Source: Tubulanus polymorphus (lineage: Eukaryota; Animalia; Nemertea). Taken from it: a stretch of DNA of 64,000 nucleotides. Below, piece by piece: positions 38,251-52,243 of this stretch. The notes under the pieces were generated by a model. That model was not told the DNA's origin and made no database searches. It saw only the letters and a program-made list of their open reading frames with translations. The position numbers and the translations under genes were made by a program. The stretch lies in NCBI RefSeq assembly GCF_964204645.1, contig NC_134025.1, forward strand, positions 3,410,001-3,474,000, read 5' to 3'. How positions within the stretch are numbered: the stretch's first letter is position 1; each line of letters starts with the position of its first letter.

Positions 38251-39203
38251 GATGCCGGTCCATATAATGCGCCTGTCACCACCACCTGCGCTACTCGTAA
38301 CAACTAATCTTATCGTGTCTGTGGATGATTACGTATCTACTGTCACTCGGGATGCTGCGTCACTATATTGCTGCATTGTGAGAGTTACAGTCGTGTCTTC
38401 GATATATTAAGTGATAATAAGGTGATTAATTATCGACTTCGAGTGTCAATTTCCGTCGATGATCAGTGTATGAAGATTGACACGTATATATCGCCTCCTA
38501 CTGAGATCCTGCACCGCTGCGCCTAATTATTTATCTCCCATCATTTTAACCGATCGAACTTGACATTATCCAGCAGACACGAATGTCGTTTTCTGTGCTG
38601 CTGTTCCGTGCGAATTTCTTCCTTAAGGACCGCAGTGTCGTATGGTCATTTTACATGTCATAAAAAATCAGTAAGAAGAAATAAATCTATTCCGCTGTGT
38701 GAATTCTATTTGGTCTATGGTAGGTCAACATAAGTTGTCCATTGTATTTGCGCGTCGGAGGAGTGGATCGTACCGGTGTATGTTCGCTGAGAGTGGCCCC
38801 ACAAAAATTGGAATGACATAGCTTCAAAACAAAATTAAGGGTCTCAGGAAACACGGATGTTTTTTTAGAAGTACATGTAATGTTCTGTATCCCTTGATAT
38901 TATCATGAATTTAACAGTAAGCCGGATCTCTTAAAATTCGAGCGGTGTCATTTTTGTCTCCCCTCAAGATCACACAGGCCAGACTTACATAATCTGTGAC
39001 ACATCTTGTGAATTATAGGTAAATTTTATGGGTTAATCATAGGTCAATTATGGGTAGGCTCCTAGTCTAGTATGTTACACTGGAGATTCTCACATCCGCC
39101 GGTTTTGATTATTTGTACGATTACAAAATCTTGGGATTCGAACCTAACCAACAAATTACGAGTAGTGGTCTGCACCGATTCAATTCAATAAGCTATATTG
39201 CCA

Positions 39204-39217
39204 GTAACCAGGGTAAC
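39204..39217. promoter_or_regulatory. RFX X-box-like motif (GTAACCAGGGTAAC)
   Basis: Resembles the GTTGCCATGGCAAC X-box and lies 10 nt upstream of the AK9 start codon; AK9 is a cilia/flagella-associated gene. Confidence 0.5.
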
Positions 39218-39227
39218 TGAAAACAAC

Positions 39228-41308
39228 ATGGCGGATGAAATGGAGGAAAATATTTCTTTAGAGGTATTCTTCAATTTTCAAAGTCATAACAATTGATTAT
39301 ATGGTTAAAATGACATCTTACATGAATTGCCACTCTAAAAGTTCAAGCCATACTATTGCGCTGTGCGGGGTTGGGTCGGTTCGCAATATATGATTGATAC
39401 CGACTGACTTTCGACGTCGTCATTAACAACGTGGTTGACGTTATTACAGATGCCAGACAAACAGTTGTGGTTGTGACTGACTGACTTTTTTGACAGTGAT
39501 TGAGATTCTTGAGTGATGGTTGGTTGTTGTTGTTTTCGTTGACAGTTCCTATAGGCCTAGTTTTTTTTGTGAAAAAGTGAAGTCACCCACCTAATAAAAA
39601 GGGCTGCCGAGCCCAATGAAATGCCTGCATTTAGGCCTACTACTTAACAACACTTAGAAATATCTTTCAAATTCAAAACACAAACTCAAAAACTGGCCCT
39701 GGCCTGCCAACTATAGGCTAAAGACAATCAATAAATGCTGGTCTATATCTAGTCCTGGAAGTGGTTGCATTCATAATGAACAGACACTAAGTTTCTTGGT
39801 GATCGATGGTCGTGGATAGAATTTGGATTTTAACCCTAGCTCTAAGCCCGTTTTTTTCATCCATATCTTTCTTCCTTTTGTCCTTATCTTTATTTTTCCT
39901 TTCATAAAAATACTTGTCAAAAAGTGTTAATGACCATTATTGATATTATTAATGTAATTGAATTGAAGCAAAATGATCCAAATCATGTAGTATCGATCTT
40001 GCCTGATTTATGCAACTAAAGGATTTTTATTAAGGTAATACAAATGCATGTATCTGGGGAATTCAAAAAGGATCTAATCTGTTTTTGATTCTGCCTGTAA
40101 ATTATTGTTTGCATGCTCAACACCAATGTGTGGACTCAATAAATCCTGTTATGAATTGTTTTTGTGGTTGATTTATTATTGACTTATTGTAGAAAGCATC
40201 TCTCGAATTTTCAGCTTTTGTAAAAATCAACTTATAATTTCAGGAGCCGCAGAATTCTAATGCAGGGCAACCTGAAGAAGTTCAAAATGTAGAGAATCGT
40301 GCAGTTAGCGTGTCTCATTCCGTTCCCTCCAATCATTCTCAGCACAAAGTCTCTCCTAAAGACCCGTATAACGAAGATGAGGTATTTTGCATTCAAAAAT
40401 TGCACTACTTTACCAGAACTATACTTCGTAATATTGACAGGTTTTATTGTTTAATTATTCTAGACTGAACTTCGATTTCTTCATTCTAAACCAACCTGTT
40501 TCATTGTATTTGGTAAACCTGGATCAGGTACTTCAACTCTTGCCAGAAGATTATCTCAGGAATGGAAATGTGAACTGATCAGTGGTGAGAATTGATAATT
40601 CTATGAATTACTGGTACCGTTTAAAGTCTCCTTGGTGCCATTATCTTACCATTTGTAAATGTTTGTTTTTGCCAGCTTCGGAATTGATAATGCAAGGCCT
40701 AGAACTTCAAACTGATCTGGGGAATAAAGCCCATGAAATTTTGACAAGAGGAGAAGCTATCCCTGAAGAAATGGTTGTTAAATTCATAGAAGAGAAAATA
40801 AATTCTCCTGAAGTTGCACATCATGGTAAGCTTGTTTGATTAATGAGTGATACGTTAGCTTAGTAGGCCTATAGTTTTCATTGAAGGTAAACCTTAAATT
40901 ACCTTGATATAGTTGAAGATTACATTGATTTTTTACTCAATAACAGGTTATGTGCTGGAAGGCTTTCCTTCGCTTAGTGAAGACTATCTTAGTCTCAGAG
41001 ATCAATTAGAATTGACTAAGAATTGGAAACTTCAACCAGACTTCATTATCAATGTTAAGGTAAATATTTGATGAATATACACGGCAAATGTTGTGGCAGT
41101 TTCAATACAAGGAAGGTTCAGCTACATTTTATTTTATGCAATTTCAAGAAGAGAGAGTCTAATTGTGTGTATTTTGTAGATACCGGATAAAGATTTAGAA
41201 CGCAGACGATGTGGAATGCGTATGGATCAGATAACAGGTGACATCTACGTACAAGAAGCGTACAATCCAGAACGCACGATAGTAATACCCGAGGTGAATG
41301 AGGGCGAG

Positions 41309-41339
<31 letters not shown>

Positions 41340-44300
41340 GTGAAGGGGAGGCTGAAGAGGTTTGTGCTTAGATTCTTTACTCGTAAAAATAATGGCTTAC
41401 AATTGCTAATAAATTGCTAATGATCGCTTCACTTTTTTGTTTTAGGAACGGGAATTTCCTGAGCTGCCACCAGAAATAATTGAAAGATTATTGAAACGAC
41501 CAGAAGATATGATGCCATTTGTGCAAGATCATATTCTCAAGTTTAAGTCGAATCTGTTACGCATACTTGAGGTAAATAGAGCATTCATGATGAAGCTATT
41601 ACGTCATCAAATCTCACAACTGGTCCTTTTAGACTGAAGAAGGTGGTCCTTTTAGACTGAAGAAGGGTGGTGATAACCATCCAAAATAATTCTACTTTTA
41701 ATAAATGTTTTGGTTCAATTACAATTGTGAGATTTTATGTTATGTAACTGTGTCACAAGTGATTCATCTATTGCGTTATGACTTGTCTTATTGATCTGAA
41801 ATTTACAATTCAGGATCACATAGCTGACCATGATCAACAACATCTAATTGAATTAGATGGAAATCAACTTCCAAGTGTTCTTTTCAAGGTGAAGATGTGT
41901 AATAGAAATTATCCTAATGTTTTATTTTACATATCATTTGTATCAACTCATGAAATATGCTTTTCAGCATCTGATGAGTCGTCTAAGTTGTTTCGTATTA
42001 CGGCCAGCTGCAGTTCCAGTAAGATTATACGATCCCGAAGAAGAAGAATTACCCGAAGATATCGATACCGACGAACTGATGAGAATGCTCGCACCGAAAC
42101 AAATGGTGGCTCCACGCTACCGATGGCAACGATCTAAATGGTTACGCAATTGTCCCGTAGCTCTCAAAGAAGGCAATGTTATACCTGGTAAACCAGAACT
42201 AGCAGTCAGGTAAGTGACTAGACATAAGTATAGGTTATCAATTCTAAGTGACAACAGGCAATTATATTGCCTCTGAAATTAGAAAAATGTATAGATTATG
42301 ATTTCATAGGTGAAACAGGCGATTATATTGCTACCGTATATTTGCAGTTTCTTGGATAAGATGTATGTTCTATCGAGTCCTGAAGCTATGGAAAAGTTCG
42401 TGAAGAATCCGCGACCTTATCTTCTTCCTCCACAGCCGAGGCCGGCATGTAAAATCATAATTCAAGGTCCCGCTTTATCCGGAAAATCAAGTGTCGCCCA
42501 TTTATTAGCGCAGAAATATTCGGCAAAGGTTTGTGAATTTCTGTCTAGGATTTCTAAACCGGTAGTCGACACCTAATTTCAGTACTATTTCTCATTGTGT
42601 AATATATGAAGGTTTTGGATATGGATGATTTGATGAAACAAAAATTTGTGGAAGAGCGTCAGAGATTAGTAGAACTGGCAAAACAAGAGAATCTTGAACA
42701 AGCCATTCAAACTGTAAAGATAAAGATACGCGACGAAATGGAAGCAGCTGCAGCAGCAGCAAGAGATGAATGTACGTGTGACTCGATCAGTGATATTCTA
42801 TTTATTTAAATACGATCACGATGCTTGACTTGCATTTTCATTTCAGCCGGTGAAGATACAGTCGCAGAAACTATAGAAACTGAGAAAGATGAAGATGATG
42901 ATGGTATGTTTCAAATGACTAATTTACATTTTTCCCTATAATTCGACAAATTAAAAACCAGTACTTGTATCTTTCAGATGAAGCGAAAGGAAAAGTCTCG
43001 GATACGGAACAAACAGGTATTCATCATTGAATCTCTATAAATTGCAGTGTGAAATGCATATTTAATGTGTGTACATGTATGTGTTATCTGGGAATTGCAC
43101 CTCTGTGATTATACTGATCAACTCATTAATCTGTGTGTTCAAGTTTGCTGTGTTTAATAGCTAACACTTCCTTTCACTTGATTTGTGTAATAGAGAAACA
43201 AGAGAAATCAGAAATACCTTCTGTTCAGATTGATGATGATGAAGGTTTGTATGCAGTGTTGCTTGTCACAGTAGTAGATTTAGTACAAATTGCACCCGAT
43301 GAAACCTTAGTTCATGAAAACACGTTCAATATTTCAGATGTGGATAGTAAACCAGCTGAAATTGAGGTGGATGAAACTCATCCCGAAGTCATCGCTATTA
43401 TCGAAGCTGCAGTGAAAGAAGCCGAAAATCAAGACATCGTTTTGGCTAATGAAGTATATGTTGAAGTTCTCGATGAGGCTATCAAAAAATATGAAGAAGA
43501 AATGAGACATTCCAACAAAGACTCGCCAATGTAAATAATGATAATAATAATAATAATGGGGTTTATATAATAGTGCTAAATCCAATGAAACTGCTTGGAG
43601 CGTTTTACAGATGATGGAATGCACTTCCTTAAAACAGAAACAGTTCTGATGCTTCCTGAATTAATCAATGGATGTGATGGCCCTCAGGCTGACTGAAAGT
43701 TTGTTTCAATTTTGGGACACTGTTGGAAACCAACAGACTGTCTTTGGAGGGAAGGCACTAGATTTTACTTTACATGAAGATTGTGTACAGTTTATCTTAT
43801 CTATTGTTTATCTTGTTTATCAATTGATTAACTTTTTTTTCTTCAGGAATGGTGGTTGGATTTTAGATAACTTCCCCAAAAATCGAGAACAGTGGTCGGT
43901 CATGCTTGAGAAAGGCATTCACCCCGATGATGTGTTGTTTATGCGTGATAGCAGCGAAGGTGGAGCTTATTTACTAAAAAGATGGTATCTGTGTAACAGA
44001 GAAACTGTGGACGCAGCCAATCAAAAACGGGCAGAAGAGGCAGCTAAAGAAAAAGCTCGAAAAGAGGAAGAAGCTCGGTAAAAATGATTATGTCTAAATT
44101 ATAAGAGGCCAAGTTTTACAAGGTTTATTTGTTTTAATTCTTGAGATCATTGCGCATGATAAGGTTGTTGTAAGCGACTAATCATGATTTTGCTTCATAA
44201 AACAGTCCGTGGAAATGCTTTGTTTAAAGCTCTTACCGATTATTTGTATTTTCGAAATGTATGTTTAGGATAAAAGCGGAGGAGGAGCGTCTTGCTGCTG

Positions 44301-47300
44301 AGGCAGAAGCAAAAAGAATAGCTGACGAGGACCGACAACGACGTATAGAATTAGGAGAGGAAGTTGATGGTAGGTTCACATGTTACTATTTATATCTTAA
44401 TGCACAATATATAATTCAAATCACGCAGAATGAATTCACAGAATATTTTGAGTTGTGGTGGCACGTGCACAATGTTTGTAACATCAGATCATTCTGGTTT
44501 CGTAGAAATTCCCGAAGAACCCGAGGAAGTTGATACTGAAACACAAGGTACATTTCCAGCGATTCATTTGCAGGATGTTTAACTTATAATCATTCAGTAC
44601 ATTTGGTTATGGTATCACAGAAGCAATGATCTTAATAATGCATTTCTTATGTTTGCCATTTAACCCTCTCAAGAGAGTAAAACTGAAGAAATTAAGACGG
44701 AAAGCACTGATGTTAGTGGTGTAGACACTATTGTCAAAGGTAACCATTTGAATTGTTGCTGATTGAGTTGTAAATCCTGATAATGGCAGCATATTATCAC
44801 TGTGATTATATTCATTATCACATGAAATACATGATGTGAATGATACACCAATTTCACAGCCTACAAACTGCCATAATCAGCGAGTTCACTTTGACATTTC
44901 CAAAAATATGAAAGTTCAATTTTCCCCAGTAATTGCTATGCACTTTAACTGGCTTCTTTAAATACAAATTAAATTCAATTTCGTGTTTGACTTTTCACAA
45001 TTAAAGGATTATATTTTATTGCCCTATTCAGTACCAACACTAACAGTAACGCAGCCAATTCAGATCATTATTGAAAAACCAGCTCCTGAAAGTCATCAAG
45101 GTAGAAACGACAAGACTTTTTAATACATGTTTCTATACGTGTTCTTTACTTTCGCTCAAAACCAATCAACTCTTCTTCTCTTTATAGTTATTGGTACTAT
45201 ACATGTATATTTATAACGTAGATATTTTTTTCAATTAAGCTTCCAGTGAGTTGCCACCCGGTATATGAGATGCTATGCTAGTAACCAAAGCTATCAAATC
45301 TACTCGTTTTGCTGCATTAATATCAGCTACTGAGATATTGATATAAGAATAATTACTATGATTTACCAGTGATAATCACGACTGATTAAGGGTGTGGTTA
45401 TTAGCTATTCATGATTTCCATTTCCTCATGATTAATTGATTTGGTGCTGAATTATAATCAGCTCAATGGATATTACACTACATATCAATTTATGAGAATG
45501 AATAAGTATCTACAAAAATTAATCTCAGCAAGGAGCAATTTCCTTATTTCTCACCAGATAAAGATGCAATCTCCCTGGATGGTATTGATGCAGTGTTTAT
45601 AGCCATCCTCATTCTTAAGTTTATTTATTTCACTGTTTATGTTCTCATGTCATTTCTTTCATTTTTAGAAGTACTTCTTGTTATATATGTAAGATAGTCT
45701 TATTGCATTTCAAATGGTCTATAAGTTTTTACCCCCACTAAAAAGCGGTACATTGCCCAAAATCTGATTAGGTAGTGCATTAAAACTTAAATATGGACTT
45801 TTAATTTCAGATGAAGAGGAAGAAAAACCAAAACAAGAAACTGAAGATACTCCTAAACCAGGTAAATCGGGGAAACATTCATTACTATTGAAGTTCTTTG
45901 TTGTGTATTTTATTCATGATTAAAACTTGTTTGTTTGAAGATGCTACTGCAGCTCCTGTGGCTGATGATGATGAGACAATGAGCCAGGAAGAACAACCTG
46001 AAGAGGTCAGTTGGTTCTTCATTTTCAAAAATCTTTAAAGAACTTCTGTTTGCCTGGCAGTGAAATCTGAATCTATTCATTACCATAGGATGTTCAACCA
46101 CCAGAAGGTCCAGAACTTGAAGCCCAAAAATTGAAGCGCAAAGACTTTGATAATGAGTGGCCATCAATGGCAGCAGTACTTACTGGAAGTATTGGAGTGG
46201 AGCCAACACAACTCGATATTGAAAATAAAAAAGTAGAAGATTTATTAGAAGAGGCGATCCTTAGTATTGAACGTAAGCATCTGATAATTATTTCCATCTA
46301 CCGGTATTCATAATTGATTACAGTTATACAGAACTTACCGGTCCCCCAGGATCTGGCTGATTAAATCTGTTTATAGTTCATTATTTCTATCGCATGCATT
46401 GCTCTCATTAAAACGTGATATAGATTCATATTCGATCAGTTTCGTTAGATACATCTACATGATGAGTATTTCTTTCAGTGTTGGTGGTATGTTGTTTCTT
46501 TGATCTAGAAATTATTCCATAGATTGTTTATTGTTATAAACAGTGGTTTATTCGTTGTTTTTACTTTAGGTGGTTTTAAGTATCAGGGTTGGGAAGTGAC
46601 TGGTGTTGATTTAGACGAAGAAGATGAAGATAATGAAGCTCTCGCTCAGGAGGAGGAAGAGGAAGAAGCCGAGGAAGCTGAAGAGGTAATTTTTCTACTT
46701 CACAACGAAAATCTTCATTTCAAAAAAAAATATTACAACTAGTATGATGATTCATTTCTGCAGGAGGAAGATGCCAATAAAGGAAAGAGTAAACATTTAG
46801 GCGACACAAATCACTTTTGTCCCGTGGCATTATTTGAGAATGGTGTACTGTGTCCTGGTAATCCAGAGATTGCTGCGAAGTATTGCGCGAAAACCTTTTA
46901 TTTGTCTTCAAACGATGCGCGGGACAAGTTCTTGAGTGATCCGACCAAATATTTACCAACTGACAAACCATTCCAGGTAACAATTCTCACATTCAACTTA
47001 ACCTGCGTTAAGATGATTTTGTTAGAATGAACTAATCTTGTATTGTCGTGTGTTTACAGGCTCCACCGACACGAATTTTGATTCTCGGACCGCGTGGAGC
47101 TGGTAAAAGTCTCCACGGTCGACACTTGGCGAACAAACTCGGTTTGTTTCACATTTCTTTCAAAGAACGCCTCCAGGAATTGATAATGCAGAAAACCAAA
47201 GGCAAAAAACTTGGTCCTGAATATGAGGAAGACCAAGAAGAGCCTTTAGAGGATGAAGAGCAAGAAACTGAGTGAGTTTTTCTCAGATGAATTTCATGAT

Positions 47301-50300
47301 AATTTAGTCGACTCAGTTTATAGTAATACATGTATTTGGTATATGATGTATTTTAGTGAAGAGACACTAGCCGCAGCTGATGGTGCCGAGGCAGTCGCTG
47401 ATGAAAGCACCGGTGAAGGTGAGACAAAAGAAGAGGCACAAGAAGAGGAAGAACCAGAATTCACGGACGACGAAGAAAACATTCGTCAAAATCTTGTCGA
47501 TGATGAACCTTTACCGACTGAAACTTTAGAGAAAATCGTGCCTGAATGGTGGCAGAAAGAACCGTTTAAGTAAGTCAGAAACTTTTTGAGAAAAATATTT
47601 TTGCTATGCGATACATTTCTAAATGTAGACTTTTCTTCGATTAGATCGACTGGATTTGTTTTGGAAGGATTTCCGAGAACGGTAGAGGAGGCTCGGTTTA
47701 TGGCTGATAGTGGTTTATTCCCAGATGCCGCGATACTCATAGCCGTTGAAGACGGGGATGTGTTTAGTCGACTCTTACCTCCTAAAGTTGAAAAATGGAA
47801 AATAAAACGTGATCGAAGGTTGGCAAAGAAAGCTCGCGCAAAAGACAAGGCAAAGAAAAAACGTGAAGCAGAAATTCAGAAGCGTCGAGAAGAGTTATTG
47901 AAGGAGGCAGCGGAGAAGAAAGCCGAACGTTTAGCTCAGAAAGCTGCTGAACGTGAAAGCGCAGAAGAAGAGGAAGTGGAAGAGGAAGAAGAAGAGGAAG
48001 AGGAGGAGGAAGAGATGGACATCGAAGGAATTTTAGCCGAAGAGTTTGAGGTACGGGGAACGTATTTATCTTGAACGGAAAAATACTTTTATTTCGTTTA
48101 TCGATATTAACTGAAATGCATTATTTTTAAGGAGGAAGAGGAAGAGGAAGAAGATGATGAAGAATTAGAGGAAGATGCCGTGGAAAGAATGAAAAATGAT
48201 TTAGCTGAAATTTACGACAATGACACCAATCGATTAGCAGCTGTACAGGTAAAGAGAGTTCTCTTATCCGTGAATTTTGAATACGGTACATAAAACATCT
48301 TCTATACGGATGAATTGTCTATATTTGAAGGATACACTTGAAGAATTAATGATTCCACGTGTGGAATTAGACGGAGGTCGCAAACCTCACATCATCCGAT
48401 ATTTACTGACGAAGAAACTGCGACAGATCGTACAGTACAGAAACAGCATGTTTGAACGCGTCTATCCGATTAGTGAACGACTCGCCAACCAAATGTTGCA
48501 AGCCGGTTATAAACAACCGAGCAGATTCGGTCGCTGGGATCCAATTACAGTCAGTACATTCATTCTCAACATCCATTCATCGTCATGTGTATAAATACGT
48601 TTTATAACTGATATTTTTTATTCTCAGTTGATGGAAGGAGAATGTATTCAACCGATTCAAGGACCGGGTTATCAAACCTTTCCTTGTATATATCGATCAC
48701 ATATATACTATTTTTCTACCAATCAAAATCGTGACCAGTTCATGCAAGATCCACTGCAACATTTATCACAACCATCGCCTAAACCGGTCGTACCGATTCG
48801 AATGGCGATTGTCGGTCCACCGAAAGCTGGAAAAACTACTCGTAAGTTTTCATAGCAGTTCGTCGTATTCTGCATAATGGCAACTTTTCTTTTTGTTAAT
48901 GAAGATTTTTCAATGTGTATTAAATAACCCACATATGGATAGAAGTAATCTATCTGAAATGTCAGTGAAACAGATTTTCATATTGTGGGTCTTCATATAT
49001 GCTTCATAGACTACAACTAGTCGCAAATTATTTCAATGTAAAATAAATATGAATATTTTCAGTGGCTACGAGGTTTGCCGATCAGTACGGCTGTTTAAAA
49101 CTGTCCATTGGTGAATGTATTCGAAATATATTGACTAATCAACCGAAGACAGAACTGGCCAAGTTGATCAACTCTCACCTACATAAAGGCTTAGCCTTGC
49201 CGGATGAATTAGCGGTTCAGGCTTTAGAAATCAGTCTAATGGATATGAGATGTCAGACTAGAGGGTAAGCACACTCTGACAATGCTATTAATCTATATTC
49301 GACAATGGCGATTCAGTTCCTCATATTTTTGACGTAGGTTTATTTTGGATGGTTTCCCTATGACAAAGAAACAAGTTGATCTAATGACTGAAAGAAGCAT
49401 TATTCCTTTCCGAGTGTTGGAAGTGCAGTGTGACAGCTGTGAGATTATGGTACGAGGTACTAAAGATAGACTCAATCCTGGCAGGTATGTACGTGTGAAA
49501 TACACTTATTAATCCTCAAATCACTGTCACCAACATCCGCTACATTTTTTTTTCGTGTATATAATTTTTTAAAGACACTATATAGACATATTTAGTTATG
49601 AAAATGTATGCGTTTAGATTTATTTCCTATTTGCATGTAACCGTACATATATTTCACGACATATTTTAGGCCGTATGTAATGCATGATAGCGCACAGATT
49701 CTAGCAATTAAACTCGCATCGTACGGACGAGAAATCGGTACTGTTCGTGACTGGTACACGAATGAGCACAAAAACTGGCGAGTAATCGATGGAGAATGTT
49801 CTAAATGGCACATGTGGAATAGCGCGCTTACTGAAGCGAAGGCTAGCATCATTCAGATACAATCATATCTGGAGCGAGTTTCAGATGGTAAGCAATTCAC
49901 TTGTGTTTTCACGGTGAAATAGTCTGCGTTATCACTGCATGAAATAGTTAAAATGTCCATCACACATTCTATTGATAATATACATTATATACATAATTGA
50001 TTATCGTTGATTCAAAATGATTTATGATTATTTCAGGAAAATCGGCGTCAATAGCAGACATGTGTATTACGCCTAATGAACTAGTTCAACGAATCGGGCA
50101 ATACGAACAGTATTGTCCTGTTAGTCTAGCTCTGCGAAATGAACTGGTCGACTGTTCTGTTAATCCGTCATTAAAATATTCTGCTGAATTTAGAGGCAAG
50201 TTTTTCTTTAAAATATAATGACTGAATGATTGAGAGAATGGATGTTAACATATAGCGACGTGTGTGAGTGTATCTAACCGTCTTAACCTCTGTTTATTAA

Positions 50301-51497
50301 TCAGGAGAATTGTGTCCCGGTGGAGGTGAGAACTTACATCCAAGAAGATGCATAAAGACTGTCTCATTGTCTAAGGATTAAGTGGCTCACTTAAAAAAAC
50401 CAATCCCACTTAGACAATATCAGTCGTGAAACATTTAGTACCCTGGACTTGTAGCAAATGTTTAGAGCTGTTCTTTAACAAAAAAATTGAATTCTATTTT
50501 TAGGTCATTATTATAAAATGGCTGGTCCCGCAGAACTGGAACTGTTTTTGGAAGAACCTGAAAAGTTTGTTCCTCCACTGGCCGTTAGGAAATTGCCTCC
50601 ACCCGAATTGTTACCGCACAGACGAACCGCTGCTGATGTTAAAGCTATGTTTCCGATACAGGTAGAATTACAAGGTTACTGTCCGGTTACATACCTTGAC
50701 GGAAAATGCAGGTAAGATACAGAGACCGTACGAGACATTTCTCTATCACAGAGCTAAACTAACACCAATCTCTGAGAGTGAATGTACAAATTTCTATTGA
50801 TTCAGATATGAAGCAATCGTACCTGGTAATGGTGAACTCGTCGTCGAGTACCGTAACAAGATTTACTACTTCGTAACCGAGGAGCATCTTGATAAATTCA
50901 TGAGGTAAAAACGCTTAACGGTGACACTCTGCACAAACTACACGAACAGCAAATAAGATAATGATAAATCTTGAATGATTTGTTTTAATAGGCGACCAGA
51001 TCTGTATTGGGATCTCAAACTGCCCCATAAACTTCCACCGAAGAAGGATCCGGTCAATGTAGCCAGTTTACCAATGCTCGGATACATGGAACAAACTGTA
51101 GCAACAGCTATAACTAAATCACTCACAGCCGTCGGAATGTTCAAACCTAAGTATCCATTTTTATCCGCGACTAGGTCTGCAATAGTATACATGGCATATC
51201 ATCTAAAAGGTGAGGACATTAAAATCTTTCAAGACTGTTTTCGGGTGATGAATAGTGATTTGACATATCGTTTTTTTTCTCTCAGCGTTCAATCATAAAA
51301 GTTCGGACTATGTGAGGAAAAAATACAAGAAGAAACTCGAAAAATATGAGGAAACTTGCGAACTGATCAAGTATCTCGGCGATACGATGACGGTTAAATA
51401 CAAAGAACCGAGAGAAAGACCGATTGACTTTGATTTTAAGATGAAACAATTTTTGCTCCTCAAAGACTGTACCCCTACAAGTTCATGGATTGCCTAA
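39228..51497 (+). CDS. AK9: Adenylate kinase 9 (multi-domain nucleoside kinase with YHS-like repeats, >35 exons)
   Basis: Several P-loops (GKPGSGTS, GPALSGKS, GPRGAGKS, GPPKAGKT); AK motifs GYVLEGFP, GGWILDNFP and GFILDGFP; CPVAL/CPVSL YHS-like modules; C-terminal KLPHKLPP..LPMLGYMEQ..KPKYPFLS. The first exon assignment is less certain. Confidence 0.92.
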
Positions 51498-52243
51498 GAT
51501 ACATGTTATTCGCGCACGGAGTGTTGCATTATAATGATTTACAGCTATCTATGATTTTATAATGATTATCTGTGATTAATGATGCCGTCCAATGAAATTC
51601 TTTACTTATGTAAACGCGTACTTTAAATTTTGTACTAAAATGTTAATGTATTATTAAAACTGTTGAGTATCATATAAATTTCTGCGTTGTGTCTTGTCTG
51701 TTTGTTCGGAGTTGTGATATATCCCATGAGAGATGTTTTACACAGGAATCCTTCACTTTTCTCATGAAACGCAAACAACTGGATGAATTCACTTCTTATC
51801 TTATGTTCCAAGACCTTAGTTGACTGGAAGCTGAACGGCAATTATTTGCGCCAATGTAATAAAACATAATGGTCAAGATTTAACTACTTTCAAATTTATA
51901 TTTCACAATATCAACAATAGATTACATATGTACATCTGGACTCCGTTCCACAGTTATAAGTTAAGTCAATGCTTCTATAAAACCTAGGGTAAAATTCTAA
52001 CCTAGGAGTCGTGTGGAACTGGATCCTATTCCATCGATTAAACCGCACATGAATCGCTACATGTATAGCACCATTTATATGATTGGTTTGTACAATCATT
52101 TTGCTGTTTGATGGACACATAAATTGGTTTATTTGACATGCACAAATGAAGATAGAGCTATTCCTACTTTCCAGTCTTTAATGATTTCAACGTCCGCTGA
52201 ATCAATCATCGGTTTTTTATTTTCTGAATGAATGCCTCATTAT

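Noticed and set aside
41622-41668. Tandem duplication of GGTCCTTTTAGACTGAAGAAGG
   Set aside because: Trivial intronic slippage duplication.
43610-43790. Coding-like stretch in an AK9 intron, tested as the missing WASHC3 exon or a nested gene
   Set aside because: Minus-strand frames are interrupted by stops and show no WASHC3 similarity; no convincing exon chain.
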